Positions 14,455-27,293 of a DNA stretch of 64,000 nucleotides are shown here, piece by piece. Under the pieces are notes generated by a model. That model did no database searches and had not been told where the DNA came from. It saw nothing but the letters and a program-made list of their open reading frames with translations. The translations under genes and the position numbers were made by a program. Numbering within the stretch: the first letter of the stretch is position 1; each line of letters begins with the position of its first letter. Origin of the DNA: Eledone cirrhosa (taxonomy: Eukaryota); contig OZ024745.1 in the NCBI GenBank assembly GCA_964016885.1, forward strand, positions 37,572,001 to 37,636,000, written 5' to 3'.

Positions 14455-15715
14455 TACCATGGTTTCGTCCGCATTTTAAGACATCCGATAACATTGGATA
14501 TCTAGATCTCCGGATTCATCAGGAAGTTAGCTCAAATTTAGACAATTAATTTTCCAAAGTGATCGCGCCAAGAATACATTAAAAAATGGCTAAGAATCGT
14601 GAGGTGGCAGCGGTCAAGTTAGAAAGGATGTGATTAGTTGCTTACGGCTAGTAGGCTTATTGTTAGAAAGCGCAGCCCAATACAGCCAAATTGCATCTCA
14701 ACCTAAAGGGAGATTATTACATATAAAGGTTTACATATATATACATATATAAAGTCATAGATATATATGTGTTTTGCAACGGGTCACTTTGTAGCTCAAT
14801 GAAGAATTAATATTCTTCATAGGAGCCTTTATTCTTATAGCTTGGTCTAATTGATTTCTATATGGTTAGTTATGCTAATTGGGAGTAGAAACGGTATATA
14901 TTTTATCTAGTGATTCTATAGACATATTTTATGATATATAGCTCTGATTATTTAATTTATTAATTCTTCATTGAGCCACAAAGTGGCCCGTTCCAAAACA
15001 CATATATATCTATGACTTTATATATGTATATATATGTAAACCTTTATATGTAATAATCTCCCGTTAGGTTGAGATGCAATTTGGCTGTATTGGGCTGCGC
15101 TTTCTAGCAATAAGCCTACTAGCCGTAAGCAACTAATCACATCCTTTCTAACTTGACCGCTGCCATCTCACAATTCTTAGCCTTTTTTAATGTATTCTTG
15201 GCGCGATCACTTTGGAAAATTAATTGTCTAAATTTGAGCTAACTTCCTGATGAATTCGGAGGTCTAGATATCCTATGTTATCGGATGTCTTAAAATGCGG
15301 ACGAAACCATGGTAGAGGTAATTAGATATGTACACATTTCTTCTAGCTTATTTTACACCTAATTCTGTTTAGTTGACTGTATATCTGGTCGATTTATACA
15401 TGGTGTAGAAATATTCGATAAATACTCCATCGTAACCACCGCGAAGAGGCTGCTTTCGGTTATTTGTCGGAGATTTCTTCATAGGAGCCTTTATTCTTAT
15501 AGCTTGGTTTAATTCATTTCTATATGGTTAATTATGCTAATTGGGAGAGGAAACGGTATATATTTTATCTAGTGATTCTATAGACATATTTTATGATATA
15601 TAGCTCTGATTATTTAATTTATTAATTCTTCATTGAGCCACAAAGTGACCCGTTGCAAAACACATATATTATCTATGACTTTATATATGTATATATATGT
15701 AAATCTTTATATGTA
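14455..15715 (+). mobile_element. HHR-bearing non-coding PLE/retrozyme-like family B: inverted segment plus partial tandem repeat
   Basis: 14455-14812 is the inverse of about 14960-15314; the forward unit starting at 14813 repeats at 15475 (662-bp period); no substantial ORF. Confidence 0.82.
15244..15318 (+). ncRNA. Type I hammerhead ribozyme with extended stem II (family B)
   Basis: CTTC-CTGATGA-[long hairpin including AGATATCC/GGATGTCT]-GAAAC CATG GT-A-GAGG; palindromic stem III ACCATGGT; predicted cut after A15314. Confidence 0.78.
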
Positions 15716-15908
15716 TATATATATATATACATATATGTATATATATGCATCTGTATATGCGTATATGTAACAGTATACATGTGTATACATATGTATATAT
15801 ATATGTGTGTATACATATATATATATGTGTGTATACATATATATATATATGTGTATACATATGTATATATATATATATATGCAAATATATATATATATAT
15901 ATACAGAT

Positions 15909-16005
<97 letters not shown>

Positions 16006-16430
16006 TATATATATATATACATAGATACACATTCGTGAATAAAGCATGGGCATGACTAATCGTTCAATGATTTTTCTTTTCAAAACTCGGTTTTTATAAC
16101 TATGCTGAGGTGTATATAAATGTTTTGACTGAACTAATTAATAGAAAGCTAAACAACAATATGAATAAATAAAAGCAAAACGAACAACAGGTTGTTATAG
16201 TGTGGTGCCTCAGGAATAACAAGTACATAAAATATTAGCCAGTGTTGTGTGTGTGTGTATGTGTATGTGTAAATGTATGCATATATATGTGCGTGTGTTT
16301 ACAGATGTAGCTATATATATATGAATATAATATACATACACCCCACACACACATACACACACCTCCATACACACACACACACACATATTCTCACACACAC
16401 ACATTCTCTCTCTCTCACACACACACACAT

Positions 16431-16495
<65 letters not shown>

Positions 16496-16541
16496 TGTTT
16501 GACAGACTGATATTACAGAAAAAGTTATGGAGAGAGTGGGG

Positions 16542-16613
<72 letters not shown>

Positions 16614-17403
16614 TGAGAGAGGGAGGATGGCGAGTAGAGTGAGATAAGGCATGAGATAGGTATGGCAAGGTATTAGATTGTTGGCCAGGTAAGGAAGAAA
16701 TAATATAACAGGTAGCTCTGTCGGCAGGTAGGTAAGAAGGCAGAGAGAGACCAGAGAGAGCCAGCAGGCATGCAAGTACGTAGGTAGGAAAGTAGGTTGG
16801 GGGGCAGGTAGGTAGGTTAGTTGGAATGTATGAGGGGTAGAGTGGTTTTGTAGGTAGGTAGGTAAATAAATTAAGAGTTAGGTGTGTAGATAGATAATTA
16901 AGGTAGGGTGGGAGAGCTAGTGTAAGGGTAGTGAGGTCAAACTGGCGGCAGGTGGAAGGCACACAAACAACACTCTTGTCGCTTCAGTGCTTGTAAAAGT
17001 TTTGTGGCGATAACATATACTGCATGAGAATGTTCAGTGAACAACTCTCCCACGGATTGATGTGAGGTGGCGGTCCATATTGAAGAGATTTGAAGAAAAT
17101 AACAAAACAAAACAAATATATATATATATATAATCAGCAACAACAGCTACTACTACTACTACAATGACGAGGACAAACACAACGTCAATAACCATAACAA
17201 CAAACGAACAAAGCAACAAAAGACAACCCAAACAGTAACAACAATAACACAGATGATCATAGTGATGATGAGAATGATAGAAAAAACAAAGCCCACTTTT
17301 CGTAATAGTTAATAGTTAACATATAATGAATATAACATTATATTATGTATATGTTCATATGTTAACTATTATATGAATATGTTATATATATATATAAATA
17401 TTT

Positions 17404-17455
<52 letters not shown>

Positions 17456-17507
17456 TTAAATATATATATATATATATATATATAAATGTTTATATATATA
17501 TAAATAT

Positions 17508-17593
<86 letters not shown>

Positions 17594-17938
17594 TTATGTA
17601 TGGGTGGATTGACCCGTATTTCCTAAGTGGAACCCATACTTTCTCCAGGTGTGAACACGGCCGACTTTTTTTCAGAAGAGAAAGAAGAAAAAAAGAGATA
17701 GTGAGAGAGAAAGACAAAGAAAGGGAGGGGTGGGGGGAGAGTGAGATTGAGGCTGTGCTATATAGAAGGAATAGATTCCAGTATTGGACAGGTAGCTTTT
17801 ATATCGATCTCTAGAGGATGAAGTCGGAGTTAACTCTCAACGGCTTTTGAACTCAGAGACAACAGGGAATACTGCAAACTCTTTTCTATTCAACTTTCTA
17901 ACGAGCTTATTCGCCCCACCCCTCTCACTCACTCTCTA

Positions 17939-17999
<61 letters not shown>

Positions 18000-18040
18000 A
18001 GAGAGAGAGAGAGAGAGAGAGAGAGCCGAATATAGTGCTA

Positions 18041-18079
<39 letters not shown>

Positions 18080-18554
18080 AAACCTTATGAAACGAAAGAA
18101 GTTGAGTGGTTACTAAAAACAAGGTTTAGGATGGTGGTTAGGACGGAACAGGAGGAGAAAGGAGTTTCCATCGTCAGCTGTAAATATTTCCCGAACCGAT
18201 GTTTCGGCGCTGAATTACAGGACATCGGTGTAGTTCGGGTGCGCCCGAGGCCTTTTATTAATCAAAAGGCCAGGTGGAAAAGGAGAGAGAAAGAGAGAAA
18301 AAGAGAAAAAGAGAGAGAGCCGAATATAGTGCTAATCACTATATATATATATATACACAAAGGTCGGCTGAGAAGGCTGACTATGAAGGAGTGATGCTAG
18401 AACTGTTAAATCTTGCATTAATTTCATCTCTTTTTAACAACTGCATTGTTTTTTTCCAGGGGCTATGTTAAAAAATAAATATTATTTGATCATTCCATGA
18501 GAGTATCTTGGTCAGCCTATGGGTTTTTCAGCTGATCATCGTATATATAATATA

Positions 18555-19152
18555 CTAGCAGTGGTACCCGGCGTTGCACGTGATAAGGTATTTTGGAACG
18601 CGGGCCGCCAACATACCTAATCGTGGAAAAACTGCATGCCTGGAAAATATGTAAAGAAAATAAACCGAATACTCTGATGGCTGGATAATCTTTAAGTTTT
18701 TCCTCGCTGAAGCAGGAAAAATGCAGGTTTTCACCTAATGAGGGTTCTGGGAGATCAAGAAAATAATTTTTTTTTATGTGCATAATATGCCTTTAAATTT
18801 CGGGAAAATCGGTTAGACATAACGCCTCCAAAAAATCCTAAAAAGCTGAAAAAAATGAAGTTTTTAACCTAATGCTGGCCCTAGGCCATGAAAAAGTTGG
18901 ATTTTCTTTGCTCACGGTATGAAGAAGAGACTGACTAATACATAGTTACAATTTCAAGGAAATCGGTCTGACGTAACGCCTCAAAAGACCCATAAGAAGC
19001 TTAAAAAGCGCAGTTTTTCACCCAATGCGTGCCCTAGGGGATCAAAAAGTTGAATTATTTTATGTGCATAACACTCCCTGAAACATAAGTAATACACATG
19101 TAAAATTTGAAAAAATCGGTTGGGTACTTCTCGAGTTTTAGGGATTCAAACT

Positions 19153-19184
<32 letters not shown>

Positions 19185-19933
19185 TCCTCAGGGAAGTGAC
19201 GTAATGCAGACATACAGACATACAGACACATATTATCGGGCGCGACGTCATATGTATGTATCTATCTAAAAAGAGAAAGACTAAGAATTATAGAGAGAGA
19301 TCGCTAAATCGCCTAATGCGGTCCCTAGGGCATTGAAAATTTGAAATTTTCTTTGCTCAGAACACTCCCTGAAACATAAGTATTACATGTGTAAAGTTTG
19401 TAAACAGTCGATTGGGTGCGTCTAGAGTTTTAGGGATTCAAACTCACACACACACATAGACAGACATCCTCAGTTTTATATATATAGACTAGCAGAAAAC
19501 CACCCGTGGCGGTTTTCTGCTAGTCTATATATCTAAACAGAGAATGTCTGTCTGTCTGTCAGCTCACTAAAACTTGAGAACCATCCAACCGATTGTTTTC
19601 AAACTTCAGACATGTAATACTTATGGTCCTGTGAGTGTTTTGAGCAAAAAATTATTTCAAATTTTCAATGCCCTAGGGACCGCATTAGGCGATTTAGCGT
19701 TCTCTCTATATAATTCTTAGTCTTTCTTTTTAGATAGATACATAGATATAACGTTGCGCCCTTATAATATCTGTCTGTATGTCTGGCTGTCTGCATTACG
19801 TCATTATGACGCGCTCAGTGCGATTCCCTCGGCCTCAGTGACCAAAGTCAGTGGAGAGGGGAAGGTAATGTTTCTGTAGCACGTGTTTCCACTGTCGGAC
19901 AGACAGACAGAAATTGCTGGTTATATAAGTAGA
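18555..19933 (-). mobile_element. Non-autonomous Helitron-type element with internal fold-back
   Basis: Minus strand starts A|TCTACTTATATAA at 19933 and ends ..CGTGCAACGCCGGGTACCACTGCTAG|T at 18555; (CTGT)n tracts; internal inverted duplication 19197-19501 vs 19511-19803. Confidence 0.78.
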
Positions 19934-19984
19934 TGTTGTCATTCTATGTATATGTAACTTCTGTTTAAACGTTTGGATATGACA

Positions 19985-20640
19985 ATAAATGCAGACTCTG
20001 CAGAATTACTATCGATGATGTCACCCATATTATAAGCAGCTGTCCAAAGATGTAATCACGGTTCTATCTACCTAGGAGGCATGATGTAGTGGCCAAAACA
20101 CTATACAATGCAATCCATAGAAAAGATAGCTCTCACAATAAATATATTACATGTTACAGCAATGTGGAAGACATGTACATACATAATATGAAAGAGTACT
20201 GGTGGCATGTTCCAGACAAAGCCCCAATAAAAAAAACAAGCGTAACAAACCAGATATAGTGGTATGGGACAGGGAAAAGAAAGCATGCATAGTAGTGGAA
20301 GTCAGCTGACCAGCAGATGCCAATATAATATTAAAGATTAGTAAAAAGGATAACAGCTATGCAGAACTACTGAGGAATCTGCAGATACTCCACCGTGACT
20401 ATTGCCTTCAGATTTATACCTGTGATCATTGGGGCTCTGAAGTATGTTACTAACTGCCTCATTACAAATCTTGAGAAGCTTGGCTTCAGAACCAGAAGGA
20501 ACACGACTAGTTAGGAAGTTACAATTACAATCCATTAATGGAACTGTAAAAATATGTAAAACATTAGAAAAATTCTGCATGTAATAAATGCATATGCACA
20601 TGTTTAGATACAAAACATCTGCTTGTGTAAACATAACTCA
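19985..20640 (+). mobile_element. R4/Dong-clade non-LTR retrotransposon 3' fragment (CCHC knuckle + restriction-like endonuclease)
   Basis: CRLCRITIDDVTHIISSCPKM*..YLPRRHDVVAK; RNKPDIVVWDREKKACIVVEVS*PAD.NI..K..Y; IPVIIGAL. Confidence 0.85.
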
Positions 20641-20676
20641 AAACATACGGTTCCGCACATACAAGAACATCTATGC

Positions 20677-20804
<128 letters not shown>

Positions 20805-20914
20805 GCGCGCAGACATGCAGGCGTATTTGCCTAATTGATGTCAAAATTCCAATGGAAATGTCTTGTGTCTATGTTAGAAACCAACTTTCTCTCTATTTGT
20901 AAAAACATAAAATA

Positions 20915-21100
20915 ATTATTCCTACTTTAGGCACAAGGCCAACAATTTGAAGGGGAGGGGAAAGTCGATTAAATTGACACCTGTACATTACTGGTACTTT
21001 ATCTTATCGACTCCTTATGATGAAAAACAAAGCTAACCTTGGCAGGATTTGAACACAGAGCGCAAAGGGCCGTAACTCTATGTCACGAAGCATGGTGTCC
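20915..21100 (-). mobile_element. tRNA-derived SINE (Meta-like core family)
   Basis: Reverse complement of the family at 27953-28131. Confidence 0.75.
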
Positions 21101-21506
21101 ACAGAAGAACTTACATACATGCATAATCTAGTTCATCTTTTTTTTTTATAGCGCAAGAAATTATTGTAAACTTCGACCTGAAGTGGAACTGGCCTCTCGC
21201 CTTCTCTCTCACCTTCCCTCACATACTATTACACTTTTTCTTTCTCGGTTCCACCCATAACCATTCTCTTTCTTCCACCCTTAGTTTCTCTCAATTATCA
21301 TAAATTCTCTCCACTATTTTCCCTCGCTCTTCTAATCTGCTAACTAACATGCAGCAATGTTTAATGTCATGCCGTTTGCACAATGCACCTCCTGCTATGT
21401 TTTTTCACGTGAATATTTACCATTGCACCATATGGAGATATATGTGCAAACAGGTGCATAAATAAGATGACAGTGCAAAATGTGTTGTCATACGAATATA
21501 GACACC

Positions 21507-21544
<38 letters not shown>

Positions 21545-22329
21545 GTGAAATATATAATAAATATTGGACTGAGTGTTGAGCAAGCCAAGAAAATCCAGAT
21601 ATAAAGATGGATTTGGATTAAAAAGGATGACAATACAAAGTAATGTTTTTATCCCATATATGTTTTGATATTTCAAAGTAAAGCCCTTCTTTTCAAATGA
21701 TGAACGATAAACACACACACAAAAAAAGAATTGTTCTGTTTTCACGAACGTTTCCTGTGTTGTGCGTGTCATATGTTACAATAACAAAGCAATGCTGTGA
21801 TCTCATGACAGAGCCTGATTTGACGAGAAAAGTCTAGGTTGTAGAAATGGTTGTTGCTTGGGAAGAAATACGGAGGTGGCTCATAAACAGAAGAGACTGC
21901 TGAAATATACAGGACGGAGGAAATTGTGTAAAACAAAGAGATGACAGTGTATGGTGTTTCCAGTAGAAGTGGGTGTATGGATTTATAGCTAGATCCACTC
22001 GTTCATACCTAGTGGTATATTTATTGTTTTGGATTTTGATAACGCAATAATGTATAAAAAAAACGTCGAATTGGCAATGTTGTTAGAGCAGTAGGTAGAT
22101 TAGTGCTGCTAGATCTGGTTCTCTGCGATCTCAGCTCAAATACCAGCTCGATAAAATTTGTCTATAGTCATTTAGAGGTCGATAAATATTGTACCACTCT
22201 AGATGAAAAGTTAGGCGTAATTTATTTACCTCTAATAATATATAATGGCAATGCACAGATAAGTCAAGTTGTTAATGCATATAACAACTTTTTGGCAAAA
22301 GTCATCAATGATTTGCGAAGTAAAAGTCG

Positions 22330-22790
22330 AACAGCCGTTATCGCATGCGGGACGGATCCAGCTATCAACCGAGCAGGGATCGCTCCACTGCCGTTGCGAG
22401 AGAGGTTGTGTGATGAATCAGTTTGAAAGGACTGACGAGAGACACTTTTCTTTTCGGGCATTCCCTCATCAACTTTTTCAAGTTTCGCTTGGAAAGGAAG
22501 GTGAGTGTGGAGAGGGAAGTGATATCCACAGTATATTTGCTAACAGGTACGTGGTTGTTGCGTGCGCCTGTAGGTTGGCTGATTTGAAGATGGGAGTGTT
22601 GTTTTCCTCGGGTGGTCTCTGAGTGTCGGATGGTTCAAGATTCGTGGAGTTCCTGAGTCGCCCCTAGGTAGTTCTCCTCCCTATTGGGGAATTTTTATAT
22701 TCATAAATTTATTTTTTATTGTCCTTTTTTATATTGTTTATTCGATTTTTTGTAAAACCACCACTGTCCCTCTCTTTTGTATTGTCGTCT
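22330..22790 (+). mobile_element. Tx1/L1-group LINE 3' fragment
   Basis: AVAREVV**ISLKGLTRDTFLFGHSLINFFKFRLERKVSVEREVI aligns with the ORF at 25499-25813. Confidence 0.7.
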
Positions 22791-23876
22791 ATAAGTCGAC
22801 ACTTGTGACTAACCTCGTTGAGGTTAGCTTTGCATTTCACCCTTACGGGGTCGATAAATAAGGTACCAGTCACGCACTGAGTTCGATTTAATCGACATTA
22901 CCCTCCCTAAAATGACTGGCCTCGTGCTTAAATCTGAAACCATTATTCTTATTATTATTATTACGCGGGTACATTAATTGCGTTTAAATAAATTTATATA
23001 GTTTAATAACAACATAGGATGGTAAACACACGGTTGCGCATTCTTTTGATGCTATCAAGTATTTCTTTCTTAGTGTATCTCAGATGAATTACACATCACA
23101 CATTAACTAGGTTATAAGGAGAGCTCAAGCCATCAATATTCATGCAATGAACTGACATTACAAAGCATTGCTATTTATTATAATTTGGATTAGCTATCAA
23201 TTAACGTCAAACGTGTTTTCTATCTATAAAAAGAAGAAAAAAACGCGTTTCTAAGACTACACACTGTTCCACAAGTGCTGTAAATCAGATTTTCATCGGA
23301 CGAATATCTCCTCCATCAAAAAGTAATATGAGAAGAGAAAAGAATAATACAAAATAAGATTATTAACAATCAGAAAAAAGCCCATACGATCTAGATAATA
23401 AATCAAATTACTAATAGGGTTACGCATACAAACTATATATATATGTATATATATATATACACACACATATATATATATATGTATGTATATATATATATGT
23501 ATGTATATGTATATATATATACATATATATATATATACACACATTCATATATATATACATACACATATATAAATACATACACACACACACATATATATAT
23601 ATATACTTAGGTGTGTGTGTGTGAGTGTGTATATGCGTATGTATGTATATTAGGAATGTATCGATGGCGTCTTTGCAGGATGACAACATGAATCGATATA
23701 TTTGAAAAAGCGCGATAAACAATGAATGTTCCATTAAATGAATTCACTGATTCATTATGATAATTATTCGATTTGTGTAGGGACTGTAAAAAAAGGACAA
23801 AGACAACGTATGAACTTCATCCAATAGAAAACAACAAATATCCAGAAATAAACACAAGTAGCCAACTGTATATATA

Positions 23877-24228
23877 CAGTTATCCCCGGTATTCGCGGTC
23901 CTGATTATTCGCGGAATTTTCCTTAGAATAACTGTTCGTTGAAAGCAACGCATATTCGCGGGATCGTAAATTTTCCTTAGAATAATTGTTCGTGGATTGG
24001 CTTTTTTCGTGGCAATATATATATTTTTAACGCTAAATTATTAATTACAATATACCGTATTTGCCGGCCTATTGGCCGCCCCCTTCGGATAGGACGCTCC
24101 CTCTTTCTTTTAATTATATTTTATGTTATATTTTGATGTTGGCATTTTTATGGACCACGTCCAATATTCGCAGTTTATCACTCTTCGCGGGTGCTCTCGG
24201 AACGCAACTCCCACGAAGACCGAGGGAC

Positions 24229-24233
<5 letters not shown>
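23877..24233 (+). mobile_element. pogo/Tigger-like MITE
   Basis: TA|CAGTTATCCCCGGTATTCGCG ... CGAAGACCGAGGGACAACTA|TA imperfect TIRs; second copy at 36408-36717. Confidence 0.75.
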
Positions 24234-24269
<36 letters not shown>

Positions 24270-24271
<2 letters not shown>

Positions 24272-24586
24272 AAAGTTCTATTTAAATTGTTTATTTTTAT
24301 AACTGATATAAAGCACTCAACAAATAATTGCAGTAAAAATACGATATTAACAAATGGAAACTATATTTATAAAACCATGTTTATTTCATTATACATATTT
24401 CAAGGACACGGGAGCTTCCAACAGTAATGGTTGCATTCTTTAAGGGTATGTCAATATTTATTTATAAAACTGCTCTATATTATATTTTATCTGATGAAAG
24501 CACACCATAATTTAACTTGGTGTCCTTGATATATGTATAATGAAATAAATATGGTTTTATAAATATAGTTTCCATTTGTTAATATC

Positions 24587-24590
<4 letters not shown>
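24270..24590 (+). mobile_element. HHR-bearing PLE remnant family D with inverted arm
   Basis: 24339-24409 is the inverse of 24520-24590; HHR 24483-24547 with CTGATGA, stem ACACCA/TGGTGT, and GAAA mutated to GATA (intact in the inverted arm); homologous to 54789-54895. Confidence 0.7.
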
Positions 24591-24643
<53 letters not shown>

Positions 24644-25279
24644 ACTATTTGTATATGCACTACAATTTATGTACATGTTGTTTATCGCATATTGAAGTTT
24701 TTTTATATCTTGGTTGAACATTTACTTAAATTCTTATAAGCGCGTGGGGGGGGGGGGGGTTGCTGATATTCTTATAGGTGGTGCTGGTAGGGGTGATGGA
24801 ATCGGTAATTGTATAATGTACGTTCGTAAATATGACATTTCTTGTAATATTCTTTTTTTGTCATATATAATGTTTTTTTTATGTAAAATAAAATAATTAA
24901 ATTCTCCAGTTGCTGCATCGATATGAATCACTTACGCCGGAGATAGTTTAGCAATCTTTAATAGGCGGGGATAGGGTTGGAAAACATGTGAAATATTAAT
25001 TATCGGGGGGGGGGGGGTGATTATTCAAGACTTGAGAGTAATTGATAGTATGAGGGGGAATGGTGGAGATTATTTCATGATAGATATATATAGGGAAATT
25101 GAGAGAGAGAGAGAGAGAGACACTGTCATGATAGATATAAAAAGAGGGAGAATTTAGTGTTGATTTATATAGAGAGAGGGAGAGTACAGTGGCATTTGGT
25201 ATAGAGAGGGGGGTTGGAAGAGAGAACCGTGTAGTAGATATAGAGAGAGGGAGAATATAGTGGCAATTGATATATATTT

Positions 25280-25873
25280 CTATTTATTTGCCACCAGGGC
25301 ATCAAAGATTGGGACAAATACAAAGGGGGGAGTTTACATACATTTAAAAAGACGTGTAAAAAACATATAACAAATTAAATTTAACAATCGATGTCCTCAA
25401 TAGGGAGGGGCGTTGACATGGGTCGCACACACCCCCGAAAAAATGTGCAACCCTCCTCTTCAGGAGCACAAAGAGCTCTCATTCTTCTCCTCTCTCACCT
25501 ACAGGCTGATATAGAGAGAAGGCCCATTCACTCGGGCCATTCTCGCTACTTTCACCCATCTTTCATAAAACTTGCTGGGGTAGAGCACCTCTCTCTCCAT
25601 TCTGATCCTTCTTCTAAAGTGGTACTTGAAAAAAAAGACCAGTTGTTGGCCGGAGAGAAAGGTGTCTGACCTCAGCCCTTTCAACCTTGTCCACCATACA
25701 ACTTCTTTCGCCATGGCTATCACACAGAGGAAAACCGCCTCTCCTTCGTTTTTGAAAGGGGGAGGCGGTTTGATCGTGACAATGTTCTCGGTGGTCAACC
25801 GGATTGGTCCCACCCGCGACAGTAGTCGTTCTACATAGCCCCACAGGTCAGCAACGCCCGGGCAGTGTACGAA
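25280..25873 (-). mobile_element. Tx1/L1-group LINE 3' end
   Basis: FVHCPGVADLWGYVE (end of zinc-knuckle region), AMAKEVVWWTR, FYERW; followed by a 3' UTR ending AAATAAATAG. Confidence 0.78.
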
Positions 25874-26066
25874 ATAATTGTTTCTACTTTAGGCACAAGG
25901 CCAGCAATTACCCAGTGCATTACTGGTACTTTATTTTATCGACCCCGTAAGGATGAAAGGCAAAGTCAACCTCGGCGGGATTTGAACTCAGATCGTAAAG
26001 GGACGTAACTATGCTGGAAAGCATGGCGTCCGACCCTCTACCGATACTGCCAATCCACTGCCTTAA
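25874..26066 (-). mobile_element. tRNA-derived SINE (Meta-like core family)
   Basis: Near full-length: GGCAGTGGATTGGCAGTATCGG..GAGTTCAAATCCCGCCGAGGTTGACTTTGCCTTTCATCCTTACGGGGTCGATAAAATAAAGTACCAG. Confidence 0.85.
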
Positions 26067-27193
26067 TAGTGTATAGTAGATATAGAGTTGGAGATTGTAG
26101 TGGTAATTAATATAGGGAGGGATATTGGCAGTGAGTGCCGTATGGTAGATATAGAGAGGGTTGGAAATGTATTGATTGATATAGAGAGAGTGTTGTATAG
26201 TAGATATAGAGAGGGGGAGAATTTAGTGGTTGTAGATATAGGGAGGGGGATAATAAGAAAGTGTCGTGCAGTAGATATAGAGAAGAGGAGAGTCTGGTGG
26301 TGATTGATATAGAGTGGGGGATTGCGTGAGATAAGTGTAGATAGATATAGAGAGGGGTGAGTTTACTGGTGATATATAAAGCGAGAGTTATTGGGAGAGA
26401 TAGGTAAAAATAGATAGAGAGAGAAGATTTAGTGGTAGTAGATTTAGAGAGGGGTTTTGGAAGAGAGTACCGTGTAGTAGATATAGGGATGGGGAGAGTT
26501 TGGTGTTAATTGATATAGAGAGGAGGATTAGAAGAGAGTTCCGTGTAGTACATATAGAGACGGAGAGAGTTTGGTGTTAATTGATATAGAGAGGAGGATT
26601 AGAAGAGAGTTCCGTGTAGTACATATAGAGACGGGGCGAGTTTGGTGTTAATTGATATAGAGAGGGGTATTAGAAGGGAGTTCCGTGTGATAGATATAGT
26701 GAGAGGAGAGTTTGGTGTTAATTGATATAGAGAGGGTATTGGAAGAGCGTTCCGTCTAGTACATATAGAGAGGGGCAAAGTTAGCAAGACGCCTTGTTTC
26801 ACGTTTTCCATTTCACTCGGCTGTAGAAAGAAATGGCGACGTGACTGGACTCAATCAGTATCGCACTTTGTATTTCCCTTGGACAACATCGGTGTGTGGA
26901 AAGAGGAGACCGTTATACATGCGTGACTGTTGGTTTTCCACATAAATTCCTTGCCCGGGCTAGTGCTTCGAAGGTGCAAATGCTATGGTCATTTGTGCCC
27001 GAAGTGTGTCATTAGCTTTATATATATATATATATATATCCCTTCAATCTATCTTATTTCTCATTATTTCTTAATGTGAAGGACTAGCGTCCGAAACGTT
27101 AACACCCTCTTCCTGCTACTTCAAGTGTTAACCTAATATATTCCTTCCATGTACTGTACCGACTGTGTTGTCATTTCTGTTTACCTTTTACAT

Positions 27194-27293
<100 letters not shown>

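Larger units (their letters stand above)
25020..26775. repeat. Degenerate GATATAGAGAGG minisatellite (71-bp period at 26511-26720), interrupted by LINE and SINE insertions
   Basis: TGATATAGAGAGG recurs at 26511, 26582, 26653; related units at 25020-25275 and 42590-42745. Confidence 0.75.

Noticed and set aside
16937-17143. Unique-looking short ORF as a possible exon
   Set aside because: The pyrimidine tract is not followed by AG, and no homology was recognised.
20338-20634. Minus-strand 98-aa ORF as a terminal exon
   Set aside because: It is the antisense of the R4/Dong endonuclease fragment.
26440-26775. CRISPR-like regular repeats
   Set aside because: Whole units repeat with no unique spacers, no cas genes, eukaryotic context.
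27070-27105. Hammerhead-like GGAC/GTCC-GAAACGTTA (similar relics at 30638, 37402, 38157, 48240)
   Set aside because: Half of the catalytic core is missing or mutated; counted only as relics, not ribozymes.
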